Below the pieces are notes generated by a model that was not told where the DNA came from, ran no database searches, and saw nothing but the letters and a program-made list of their open reading frames with translations. A stretch of DNA of 63,998 nucleotides, counting the filler, from Candidatus Hydrogenedentota bacterium (GTDB lineage Bacteria > JBFMHD01), in NCBI GenBank assembly GCA_040752395.1. It is 10 parts of 10 records of this genome, joined end to end, with 100 filler letters (N's around TTAATTAATTAA, not from the genome) between each part and the next. Parts side by side here need not be neighbours in the genome. Positions count along the whole stretch, not along the records: positions 27,390 to 33,993 come from JBFMHD010000154.1; positions 34,094 to 40,662 come from JBFMHD010000155.1; 8 more parts are not named here. One strand, 5' to 3'. Position numbers and translations under genes: made by a program. Shown here one piece after another: positions 27,805 through 38,831 of the stretch (positions are counted from its first letter, which is position 1; each line of letters starts with the position of its first letter).

Positions 27805-28013
27805 TCTTGCTTCTTGCTTCTACTTGATATCATTAGAGTTACAATGTTTTTCGAAGGAGTACTCATGAGCGCGTTTGCGCTCTACACGAGGTATGAAAAA
27901 CTAAAGATGATATGTTGGCTTCGGGCTCCGGGCTTCGGGCCCCAGCCGGCTGTAGTCCGTAGCCTGTAGCCTGTACCCCGAATTATTAGAGTTGCGAAGT
28001 TTTTATGAGGAGG
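27805..28013 (+). repeat. composite repeat with two end-modules, ending in the SD of rlmB
   Basis: TTGCTTCTACTTGATAT...CGAAGGAG then GAGCGCGTTTGCGCTC, D and F modules, ...GAGGAGG. Confidence 0.9.
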
Positions 28014-28018
28014 TTTGA

Positions 28019-28735
28019 ATGAAGCTATACGGTAAAAATGTTTGTTTAGAAACTTTAAAGACCAACCCGAATAAAGTTGAAAAAGTCTTTATAAGAAAAA
28101 ACATAAAAGGAAATAAAATAGAAGCTATTATAAAGTTATGTAGAGAAAATAAAATACCGTTTATATTTTATCAAGACAAACATAGCGAGAATGATACGCA
28201 GGGTGTATATCTTGTTAAAGCTTCTGCTTGTATAATTGATGACGATATGTTGCTTTCAGATTTTGCAGAACTCAAAAAAGGATATATCCTTGTCATTGAC
28301 AGTATCTACGACCCACGAAATTTAGGTGCGATTATTCGCAGCGCATCTGCATTTTATTGCTATGGCATAGTCCTGCCTAAAAGGAATAGCCCACCGATAA
28401 GTGATGTCGTCTATAAAACCAGTAGCGGATATGTAGAAAAAATTAAAATTACAAGAACAGTAAACATAGCACGGTTTCTTGATCAAGTAAAAGAACTGGG
28501 TATCCAGGTAGTAGGTTTATCTGTTTCCGGGAATACACAATTAGAGGGTTTCAGTTTTGATACTAAGGTCTGTATAGTTGTAGGTAGTGAAGATAAAGGT
28601 ATCAGGTTAAATGTAGCAAAAAGATGTGACAGTCTTGTAAGAATACCTATGCAGCAGGGGATTGATTCTCTTAATATTTCAGTAGCCTGCAGTATAACTT
28701 TTTATGAAATATTTAAACAGCTATTTTTTAAATAG
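28019..28735 (+). CDS. rlmB: 23S rRNA (guanosine-2251-2'-O)-methyltransferase, SpoU family
   Basis: YGKN, DPRNLGAIIRSA, GSEDKG, IPM..IDSLNISVA. Confidence 0.9.
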   Translation: MKLYGKNVCLETLKTNPNKVEKVFIRKNIKGNKIEAIIKLCRENKIPFIFYQDKHSENDTQGVYLVKASACIIDDDMLLSDFAELKKGYILVIDSIYDPRNLGAIIRSASAFYCYGIVLPKRNSPPISDVVYKTSSGYVEKIKITRTVNIARFLDQVKELGIQVVGLSVSGNTQLEGFSFDTKVCIVVGSEDKGIRLNVAKRCDSLVRIPMQQGIDSLNISVACSITFYEIFKQLFFK

Positions 28736-28769
28736 GGACACATCCCATATTTCAAGTTATTTCTTCAGA

Positions 28770-29092
28770 TAATTTTTATCGGACCTTTTATATTCGGTAC
28801 TGCGGTTGCTAAAACTATCGGAAAAGAAATAGTTGACCCGCATGTAATAGACGTATGGGTAGTATGCGGTGCATTAGTGGGTGCTATTTTTTGGAACCTC
28901 CTCACCTGGTGGCTTGGCTTTCCCTCATCCTCAAGCCATGCACTTGTTGGAGGATTAGGTGTCAGCGTTATAGCATCAACCGGGTTCCAATTCCTAAAAA
29001 TACACGGATTTGTTAAGATAGTAATAGTCCTTATAACATCACCAGCTGTAATTATAACAGTACTAATAAAAAATAAGTATTTAATCCGTTGA
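28770..29092 (+). pseudogene. internal fragment of a PiT inorganic phosphate transporter
   Basis: FIGPFIFGTAVAKTIGK...WNLLTWWLGFPSSSSHALVGG...ITSP; N- and C-terminal parts missing. Confidence 0.82.
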
Positions 29093-29224
29093 CATTATAC
29101 TAAAAGATAGTTTATTAATATTTTATTTATATGAGCCTCTCTCTTTAGTATAGCGAAAAGGAAGGTACCATAGCTGTCCCCCACACGTGGGGTGTGGGTG
29201 GGGGTTTATGAGGATGTAATGATT

Positions 29225-30781
29225 ATGGAGAACCAGAAACAGGTTAACAGGGCTGGAGTTATTGATATAGGTTCACATTCTATTAAATTAATTATAGGTG
29301 AAGCTATTGGTGACGACGTCAAAATAATCGAGCTTTTAAAACATCTTTTACCCATAGGCAAAGATACCTTCTATAAAAACATTATTACCCAGGAGACAAT
29401 TAAGCAGACTATAAACATCTTATCAAAATATAAGAAGGTATTAGAAGAATATGCTATAACTGATATAAGGGTAATAGCAACCAATGCTGTGCGTGAAGCA
29501 AACAATAAAGATATTTTTATTGATTCTGTGTATCGCAAAACAGGGTTCAGGGTAGAGGTCTTAACTGTTGGTGATGTAATTTATTTTGTTGATTCATATA
29601 TTTCTTACAAATTAAAGGATAAATATCCTACTCATGAAAAGAATCTATTAATAGCGGAATTAAGTGCAGGCGCCATAGAATTCTCTATTATGGAAAATGG
29701 TTATGTGGTTATGAGTCGAGCTGCGCCACTTGGGTCATTACAATTAAAACAGATTATAAGTAAACTCAAGAGCAGCCAGCAAAAAAATCTTGAAGCTGTA
29801 AAAGAGTATTTTGAGAACGAATTAGAATATATAAAACGGTTTATCCCAACTAAAAAGATTGATGATATCATTCTGATAAGCGAGGATTTAGCTTTTTCAA
29901 TAGAAAACATACTAAAAGAGAAGCGAAAAGAATCGACATTTTTCACCATAACAAAGGAAGAGGCTCTAAGTTTTGCGTCAAAGTGTGAGGGTAAATCTGC
30001 TGACGAAATAATGAATACTCATAAATTGCCGTTTGACATTGCCGAGATAACAGGGATATTTTCTATAATACTTAGTTCATTTTTCACATTTACCGAGAAC
30101 AAATACATTTATGTCCTTGAGACATCGTTATACGAAGCTGTTTTATCACATATGCTTGAGCAATATACGCCATCAAGACAATACAAAAAAATTGACCATC
30201 TTATTGCTATGACAAAATCTCTATGCACAAAATATAATGTAAATATCAATCATTCTGAATACGTTGCAAATCTGTCTAAAACAATTTTTACTTCTTTACG
30301 GGAGATACTTGGTTTACAGCAGGGTGATTTACTCCATCTTCTGCTTGCCTCGTATCTACATGATATAGGTATGTTTATCTCTAATCGGGTTCATCATAAA
30401 CATTCAGAATACATTATAAGTTCTCTTAATCTCTCAAGACTCGAAGAAGAAGATATGAAAACCATTGCAGCAATAGCAAGATACCACAGGAAGGCAGCGC
30501 CAAGCCCTAACCATCCACTCTATGCCTCGCTTCCGGCTGAGAAACAGATAAAAATCCAGAAGATGAGTGCTATTTTAAGAATAAGTAATAGCCTTGACCG
30601 GTCTCATAAACAAAAGATTAGAGACTTAACTGTTAAAATAGATAAAGACCAGAATATTGTTCTTACTGCTATTGTGTCAGGTAACTTTATTCTTGAAGAA
30701 ATGGATTTCGACGAAAAAAAGAAATTTCTTGAAGATATAACAGGAACTAAAATCAGTCTAAAAGTTACTACAAAAACTTAA
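29225..30781 (+). CDS. Ppx/GppA family protein with HD-like C-terminal domain
   Basis: IDIGSHS, ATNAVREA, LHDIG, HHKHSEYII, ARYHRK; start uncertain (29192-29225). Confidence 0.85.
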   Translation: MENQKQVNRAGVIDIGSHSIKLIIGEAIGDDVKIIELLKHLLPIGKDTFYKNIITQETIKQTINILSKYKKVLEEYAITDIRVIATNAVREANNKDIFIDSVYRKTGFRVEVLTVGDVIYFVDSYISYKLKDKYPTHEKNLLIAELSAGAIEFSIMENGYVVMSRAAPLGSLQLKQIISKLKSSQQKNLEAVKEYFENELEYIKRFIPTKKIDDIILISEDLAFSIENILKEKRKESTFFTITKEEALSFASKCEGKSADEIMNTHKLPFDIAEITGIFSIILSSFFTFTENKYIYVLETSLYEAVLSHMLEQYTPSRQYKKIDHLIAMTKSLCTKYNVNINHSEYVANLSKTIFTSLREILGLQQGDLLHLLLASYLHDIGMFISNRVHHKHSEYIISSLNLSRLEEEDMKTIAAIARYHRKAAPSPNHPLYASLPAEKQIKIQKMSAILRISNSLDRSHKQKIRDLTVKIDKDQNIVLTAIVSGNFILEEMDFDEKKKFLEDITGTKISLKVTTKT

Positions 30782-30790
30782 ACCAGCACT

Positions 30791-30990
30791 TTGCTTCTTG
30801 CTTCTACTTGATATTATTATAGTTACAATGTTTTTCGAAGGAGTCAACATGAGCGCGTTTGCGCTCTACACTATTGGGTTCTTGGGTTCTTGCGTTATTG
30901 CGCTCTACACAAAGGATGAAAAACTAAAGATGATCCGTAGCCTGTAGCCTGTACCCCGAATTATTAGAGTTACAGCGTTTTTCAGAGGAG
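30791..30990 (+). repeat. composite repeat between ppx and ppk1, ending in the SD of ppk1
   Basis: Same layout as 27805; ends GTTTTTCAGAGGAG 7 nt before ATG. Confidence 0.92.
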
Positions 30991-30997
30991 ATTAGCG

Positions 30998-33019
30998 ATG
31001 GAACCAAAATCACGGTTCATACACAGAGAAATAAGCTGGCTTAGTTTTAATGAACGTGTCCTTGAAGAAGCCGAGGATCTGAATAATCCGTTATTTGAAA
31101 GACTAAACTTTCTTGCTATCTTTATAAATAATCTTGATGAATTTATTATGGTTCGTGTTGCGGGTATTAAACGCCTTATCGATGCTAATTTTACAGAAAG
31201 GGATGAATACGGTTATCTACCATCTGAAATATTTAATGAAATCACTAAAAAGATCGAGATTTTAATCAAAAGATTATATAATATTTACAATAATCTCCTT
31301 AATAACGAGTTAAAACAGAACAAAATATCTTTTAAAAAATATCAAGAACTAAACCCACAAGAAAAAAAAGCCGTAAACCAATATTTTGAATCAACGTTAT
31401 TCCCTGTAATCACACCTATGGCTGTTGACCGAGGCCATCCTTTCCCAATACTACCTTCGAAAACAATCTCGTTTGCTCTCGTGATAGAGCGATATAATAA
31501 ACCATATCTCTCGATACTACCTATCCCTTCTGTGGTACCACGTGTTTTTAAATTGCCATCACAAGATAATGAATCCAATTTTATATTAATAGATGAGATT
31601 ATACGTGCAAATTTAGATGCTTTTTTCAGGGGTTATAAGATAGTTGAAAACTCTATTTTTCGTATTTTAAGAGACAGTGAGCTGGAGATTAAAGAAGAAT
31701 ATACTGAAGACCTTCTTAAATCAATTGAGAATGAACTAAAAAAACGGCCTTATGCTAAAGCCATCTATCTCGAACTTGAAAAACAGGTTTCAACTGATCT
31801 TTTGGCAAAATTATGTGACGAGCTTGAAATACCAGCAAGCGAAGTGAAAGTTATTGATAATATCCTTGATCTCTCATTCTTTTTTGATTTTATTTCAAAG
31901 TATTCAATCCCTGAATTCCGTTATAGAAGTTTCACCAGTAAAGAGATAAAATACTCAAATATTTTTGATAGAATAAAACAGGAAAATTTTACTTTACATC
32001 TGCCATTTCAATCGTTCCAGCCAGTGGCTGATTTTATAAAGACCGCTTCGCAGGACCCAAATGTCCTTGCTATAAAGATGACTCTATACAGAACAAACGC
32101 TGATTCATCTATTATCAAGGCATTAGAAGAAGCAGCCAGAAATAATAAACAGGTAACGGTATTAGTTGAATTGCGGGCAAGGTTTGAGGAGGAAAAAAAT
32201 ATACTCTGGGCACATGAGCTTGAGAACGCAGGCTGCCATGTAATTTACGGTGTTGAAAAACTCAAGATACATTCAAAAATAGCGCTTATCGTAAGAAAGG
32301 AAGAAGAGGGTATTAAAAGATACATCCATCTTTCTACAGGCAATTACAACGAAAAAACAGCAAAGATTTATACAGATATCGGGTTCTTTACAGCAAACGA
32401 AGACTTTGCAAGAGATATATCTGATGTTTTTAATGTAATATCAGGTTATTCTACACCACCACGATGGAAAAAGGTTACCTCAGCCCCTAATGACCTGCGT
32501 CAATACTTCTTCAATCTCATTGATAATGAAATCGATAATCAGAAAAAATACGGTAATGGCTTAATATTTGCCAAAATAAATTCGCTTGCGGACAATCAGA
32601 TGATAGAAAAACTTTATGAAGCATCAGCAAATGGTGTTAAAATAAAATTAATCGTTCGCGGTATCTGTTGCCTTATACCCGGTGTCACGGGTTTAAGCGA
32701 GAACATTGAGGTTAAAAGTATTGTTGGCAGATTCCTTGAACACAGTAGAATATATCTGTTTAACAACAACAACGATCCCCGGTTATTTTTGTCGTCTGCT
32801 GACTGGATGACCCGAAATTTCGACCGAAGGATAGAATTAGTTTTCCCTGTTGAAGACGAGAATTTAAAAGAGGAGCTGATATTTATATTAAATAAATACT
32901 GGGAAGATAACTTAAAATCAAGATTTTTAAAAGCTGACAAAACATATATCCCTGATAATATCTCTGATAAACAATCAAACGTTCAGGAAAGCCTGATTGA
33001 GTATTACTCCTGGAGATAA
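30998..33019 (+). CDS. ppk1: polyphosphate kinase 1
   Basis: REISWLSFNERVL, NLDEF.MVRVAG, IKMTLYR, KIHSK, STGNYN, VGRFLEHSR, SADWMTRN. Confidence 0.97.
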   Translation: MEPKSRFIHREISWLSFNERVLEEAEDLNNPLFERLNFLAIFINNLDEFIMVRVAGIKRLIDANFTERDEYGYLPSEIFNEITKKIEILIKRLYNIYNNLLNNELKQNKISFKKYQELNPQEKKAVNQYFESTLFPVITPMAVDRGHPFPILPSKTISFALVIERYNKPYLSILPIPSVVPRVFKLPSQDNESNFILIDEIIRANLDAFFRGYKIVENSIFRILRDSELEIKEEYTEDLLKSIENELKKRPYAKAIYLELEKQVSTDLLAKLCDELEIPASEVKVIDNILDLSFFFDFISKYSIPEFRYRSFTSKEIKYSNIFDRIKQENFTLHLPFQSFQPVADFIKTASQDPNVLAIKMTLYRTNADSSIIKALEEAARNNKQVTVLVELRARFEEEKNILWAHELENAGCHVIYGVEKLKIHSKIALIVRKEEEGIKRYIHLSTGNYNEKTAKIYTDIGFFTANEDFARDISDVFNVISGYSTPPRWKKVTSAPNDLRQYFFNLIDNEIDNQKKYGNGLIFAKINSLADNQMIEKLYEASANGVKIKLIVRGICCLIPGVTGLSENIEVKSIVGRFLEHSRIYLFNNNNDPRLFLSSADWMTRNFDRRIELVFPVEDENLKEELIFILNKYWEDNLKSRFLKADKTYIPDNISDKQSNVQESLIEYYSWR

Positions 33020-33022
33020 CTT

Positions 33023-33993
33023 ATGAATCATATTGAACAATATAGCGTATATGGTGCTAAACTAATACTAAAACTGCTTGGTGAAATGAGACAGGAAATA
33101 AACGGGGTTCGTAAATCAAAAGATATTGAATATGTGCACCGGATGCGTATCGCATCACGCAGGTTGCGTAATAGTTTCAGAATATTCGCTGAATGTTTTT
33201 CTGAGATAAAACTCAAAAAGTGGCAGAAAAGTATTCGTGGTATCACGCGTGCACTCAGTGATGGCCGCGATACTGACGTCAAAATAGCGTTTCTTAATCA
33301 TATCTTAAACAATATTCGTTCAAAAGAGATTAAACCAGGTATAAAACGACTGTGTTTGCGACTGCAGCAGAGACGAGGTAGATTACAGAAAAAAATTATA
33401 AAAATTTTTGATAGATTAAAAAAGGCTAAAACATTAGATGATATCCAGAACACTGCTCAATCATTAATAAACAACGCCACCCTTGAGCCATCTATTAATT
33501 CTATCTCTATTTTTCAATATGCTTATTTGAAAATTTTCTATCAATTACGCAATGTATTAGAATTTGAGCCTTATATCTATAAACCCAAATATGTGGCTGA
33601 ACTACACAGGATGAGAATAGCAAACAAACATCTACGATATACGATTGAAGCATTCGAACCTTTATTCGAGGGTAAATTAAAAGAATATCTTGATAAAATA
33701 ATATATGTTCATAAAATTCTTGGCGAGATACACGATTGCGATGTCTGGATAGATTATCTCCCTGAATTTTTAGCAAATGAGCGTAAACAGATTAAAGAGT
33801 TCTTGGGTAGCAGCAGGGCTTACAAAAGAATAGAACCCGGTATCTTACATCTCTTAAAAGACCGTAAAAAAGAACGTAAGCGGTTATATAACGAATTTGT
33901 TTTGTTCTGGCAGCAGCTGAAAAACGAAAATACGATTAATAACCTCATCAACCTTTTATACTTGTATATCGAACCGAAAACCAGCGAACCTAA
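33023..33993 (+). CDS. CHAD domain protein (runs to contig end)
   Basis: VHRMRIASRRLR, RDTDV, LHRMRIANKHLRY, LGEIHDCDV. Confidence 0.92.
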
Positions 33994-34093
33994 NNNNNNN
34001 NNNNNNNNNNNNNNNNNNNNNNNNNNNNNNNNNNNNNTTAATTAATTAANNNNNNNNNNNNNNNNNNNNNNNNNNNNNNNNNNNNNNNNNNNN

Positions 34094-37000
34094 ACCATAT
34101 TTAATGGCATTGTATCTAAATTATCTTCAAATGCTATTTTACAAGTCACAGCACCTAAATTATTGTAAAAAGTTATTATAGCATTATTACCAACATTTAA
34201 TCCTCTGCCTATAACCTGAATAGCAGAATCATCATAATTAAAGATATAAATACTATCCCACCAATCTCTTTCTTGAGCTATTACATAAGGAACATCAGCA
34301 GAAGACCAGGTATAGGTACCACTTGCAGTGATGTAACTTCCGGATAATCGTATCGCGGCGGTATCACCGGTTAATGTGTTTCCGCTCCCAAATTGTGGGA
34401 ATACATTATTGCTTATGCATAATGGATAACCCTGGATGGCATTTAAAGTAGTATTATTGATATATGGGTTACAAGCTACTCCCTGGTTTTCGTAGGAAAT
34501 TCTCACAGCTTCGCCAGGCCGCGTATCCATCCCTGTAGCATAAGTGATACCATTAGCAATAATCTGACAACCATCAATATAAACATCTTTAACATCTCTT
34601 ACCTCAACTGCTTGCATTATATTATTTTCAATCCTGGAATTCTCTAATCTTAAAGTCGAAACATCCTCTCCTTCCCACTCTATCCCATAAGCATAACAAT
34701 TATTTAAATATGTATTTTTTAAATGTAATGTACTTGTATCTTCTATCCTGAAAATTGCAGCTATACCTGGTGGCTCACCTTGACCTCCAGCAGACATATC
34801 AACATAGGCACCATAATTAAAATCACAATATTCGAATTTAAGAGTATCTGCATTATCTTTGTTGTAAACATAGATACCTCCCCAATATCCCATACCTGCC
34901 CCACCACCAAACCCTGTATAACCAGCTAAAATTGGGTCTTTATGCGAAGTAAAGTATATAGTATCACTGGCTGTACCTATAGCTCTGATAATCGCAGAAT
35001 CAAGTGACGCGATACAAGAAGAATCAGCTGAACCTGTTTTTGTGTAAAACGCTATTTTACAACCCTGGGCTATCTCAAGCATAAGATTACCACTTAAAAC
35101 TAAGCCATAACCCATTGTGTCAGTGCCATCTTTATCTTTTATAAGGTTACCAGGATACCCTGGTGGATTAATAAGTAACGGTACCCCCGGGTTATTCCAT
35201 GTACCACTTATTGTTATAGTTTCCGCAGAGTTGACAAATACCGCATCATAACTCGTACCATCAAAAGTATTAGAGCCAGAATATATAGGGAACGCATTAC
35301 CTGAATATACTAATGGAACATTCACACCTGAGATAGTGATATCGGTCAACGTAGGCTCTGATAGAGGTTTATTTTCTGAACTCTGTATAATTATCCCAAA
35401 ATATGAAGAATCTATAGTAATTTTTCTATATATCCCACTTCCCTCGATTGATAACCCAAAACTCGGGATATTAGAAGAACCAGATTTTGAATTAATTATA
35501 CTTAGAGTTTCACACAAAACATCACTATCCTCAATTGTTAATACAGGATACCATCTATTAATACCGGCTTCTTGTTCAAAGTAACCACCACCATATCTTA
35601 TTATAACATTTCTCAATACCACAGAATCTACATTCTCTATTACAATACTACCCCAATCACCGGCTTGAGCACTCGGACTCTTAAACGGCGTATCATTACT
35701 TGAGGTAAATATTATATTATTAGAATCTGTACCAATTGCTCTCAAGCCCCCATTATTAACAACAACCAATGTAGGTACAGTAGGCTGGTTAATATCAGTA
35801 TCAAACCCTATAATACAACCAGCATCTATTGTAAGTGTGCATCCCTGAAAAATAACACCTACATCACCTTCGCCGATATTTGCATCACCAGAAACGAGAA
35901 ATGGCCCATTATTAGTTAAAAGTGTCACATCCTGAGTTAATAGGCCACCCAGAGATACATAGAAGAAAGCAGAGGTCTCACCTCTGCCTGTTGTATCAAC
36001 AAGTCCGTCAGCGGTACCTGGTGTTACGCGCCAGGTGAAACAGCCGTACGGCAAAAACCCGCCTGGTTGTTCAGCGCCTATTGTAGCATAATATCGTGTG
36101 TCAGTGCCAGCAGGTTCTTGAGTAAGATTTATAGCAGCAAAGGTCTCAGTATAAACTATGTTCCCGCTTTTATTCAAGACTTCAAGAATAAACGAGTCAG
36201 CTCCACCATTCTGTGCGAAATCAAAAACAAATGTTGGTGTAGTATCCCAGGTATCAGAATTATCTCCTGGTGCTATAAGCTCCACCTTAAAAGCAACAGT
36301 TATTATCCCTGGATTTGTAACTGATGTACTTGGTCCTGTCTCTTCATCCGTGGTTTTAACACCTTTATTTGCTTCCATAAACGCCTGGAACGTATCACCA
36401 CCCCCTGCTGTATCATAAAGAGATATAACTACTATGAACGTTTCACAAGGATTGTTATCTGATAAGTTAATAAAATATGATATACTATTGTTTTCCCATC
36501 TATCATAAGCCGGGATATAGGCAAGACTATTAACAAAAGTATCGGTTCCATCAAGTATCGTATCTGAACTATGATACACTCCCATAAACTCAATATCATT
36601 TGTGTCCATATTGCCTAAATTTTGTATAGCAAAAAACGTTATGGTGTCACCGTTCCATGTATCTGCAAATATATTAACAAATAATACCGCAACACCTGTC
36701 TCACCCCCAGCCACTGTCTCTGAAGCAATCGTATCTGCTAATATCACTGTTACTGTATCTACATTACCTTCACCTGGGAAGAAATGCGTGAAGTGGTTGA
36801 CCTTGATGCTTACCGTCTCGTCGGTAAATACGTAGTTCTGCGTTGTTATTCCATTTGCGGGATCTTTTATGTCATACCACTTACTGTCACCCTCATCTAA
36901 CCAGAAGAATGCAAACTTAGCCGGGCTAATGTCAGTATTTTTGTACGTGAATGTTAGAGTGGGGGATTCGGCCACATTATTATTCCAGTCATTTTCATCT

Positions 37001-38121
37001 AACTCTGCGCTCATGGAATCTGTGACTATTATCTCGAATGCATAATCTTTGCCTTTTGAAAAACTGTTGCCTTTAAGCTTTGTAGTATCCGTTGTATTCA
37101 TTGACCCCTGGGATATCTCTTTCACTTCCACATAATTCCCTGTGTCTTTCAAATCTAGTTTTATAGACCACGTGCAGTTCGGTACATTCATCTTGAAATC
37201 TAACTTAAACGTATCAACACTAGCCAGCTCAAGCTTGAACGAACTTGAATCTACGCCAAGTATTACATAAATAAACGTATCATAAATCCCTGTTTCCGTA
37301 GGCGGTACACTACCATTAGGGGGTGGGGAACCGATAGTCATACCTATAGTGTATGTCTCATCATAAGTTGCATTTATTGTATGACCGCATAAGGCATATA
37401 ATTTCCCATTAGTAATTGAATCCGCAGGATTATCCGATATCCATAACGATACATGAAACCTTGAATCGTCTGCATCTACCTCAAAGGCTGCTAGTATCTC
37501 CGTCTCAGGAACTGTAACATTTTTTACTGTTACCTGTATTGAATCCACGCCTCCTGTTGTATTTGCGTTTGAATCACAAACTTCTATATATGCAGTCTCG
37601 GGACTATTATAACTGAATATTTTCATTACATAAGATGAATCCCTAAATTCTATAACCGGTTTAGGAGAGGGTGATCCGCCACCACTAGTAATAGAGACCG
37701 TATCATTCCCCGCACCATATATAGCTGTCAACGTATATCCCTCAAACGCATATATCTTACCACTATTTACTGGGCTATCTATAATATTATTTGAGATAGG
37801 CAAACTTACTCTGAATTTAACATTATTTGTATCAATCTCGTTTGCTATTAAATTTTCAGTATCGCTTATAGCACCCGTACCTGAAACAGTTAAAGGAACT
37901 GTATCTATAAGTGGAGATACGTTAGCCGAAGTATCTACCACTTCAATATAAGCAGTATCTGGGCTTATATAGCTAACCACATCTAAAGTATAATTAAAAT
38001 TTTTAAAAAATATTGTATCAGCATAAGATAAGGACGGTATAAATAAAACTAACGCAAGCAGCAAGAGAATGGAAACTAATTTAATTTTTTTATAATGGTA
38101 GTCTGAAGTATCCAACTGCAC
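34094..38121 (-). CDS. very large secreted or surface protein with parallel beta-helix regions (3' truncated)
   Basis: Signal peptide (LLLLALVLFIPSLSYA-DT), tandem N-terminal domains, two A.GT....I.FTS...G.WG.I repeats. Confidence 0.75.
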
Positions 38122-38328
38122 TTTACTCCAAAAAAAATTCTTCGATTAAAAATTACAATTTCTCTTGAATTTGCTGTGTAGTCTAATTCATTGAATGCTG
38201 CGACTTTTTAATTTTTTATCTTTTACAAAATTTTCATTAATTATACAAAATTGTCAAGAAAAAAATCAAAAAATTTTTATGTAAAAAAAATCACATTCCA
38301 AATGCGCAAAGATGTGCAAAATACTCTG

Positions 38329-38628
38329 TTATACTGGGAAAACTTTTCTTGAAATCATATCTACACTTGCTTCGAGTTTGTTTACTCTTTCTGCAACATC
38401 AAGCTTGTCAATAATCTTTCTTAAAAGCTCGCTATGAAACTGAAGTTGCTGTTGGACTGCATTAAAGCGATTATCCATCTGTTTCTGCATCACATTAAAT
38501 CTATCATCCATCTGCTTCTGCATCGCTTCGAATCGGCGATCAGAGTCTTCTCGTAATTCCCTTATTTCAGGAATAAGAGTCTCAACTATTACCTTTCTTA
38601 AAGCTTCAACAAAATCAAGCGGCGTCAT
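38329..38628 (-). CDS. small coiled-coil protein with 11-residue repeats
   Basis: RRFEAMQKQMDDRFNVMQKQMDNRFNAV; GAGGTG SD. Confidence 0.75.
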   Translation of the reverse strand: MTPLDFVEALRKVIVETLIPEIRELREDSDRRFEAMQKQMDDRFNVMQKQMDNRFNAVQQQLQFHSELLRKIIDKLDVAERVNKLEASVDMISRKVFPV

Positions 38629-38831
38629 AAATTATCACCTCTAATTAAATTATAACTATTTTTTAGAATAAAGCCAAGCATTTTATTGTTTTATTTCTAA
38701 ATAAACCTTAATCTCAAAAATCTGGACGAAATCCCACTCATTGTGTTTTACATAAAATTTGGATCTTTTGGGATTAATAATTTAACAATCTGTTAATTGC
38801 AGGGTGGTGTTTTTATTACAATTTATTATAA

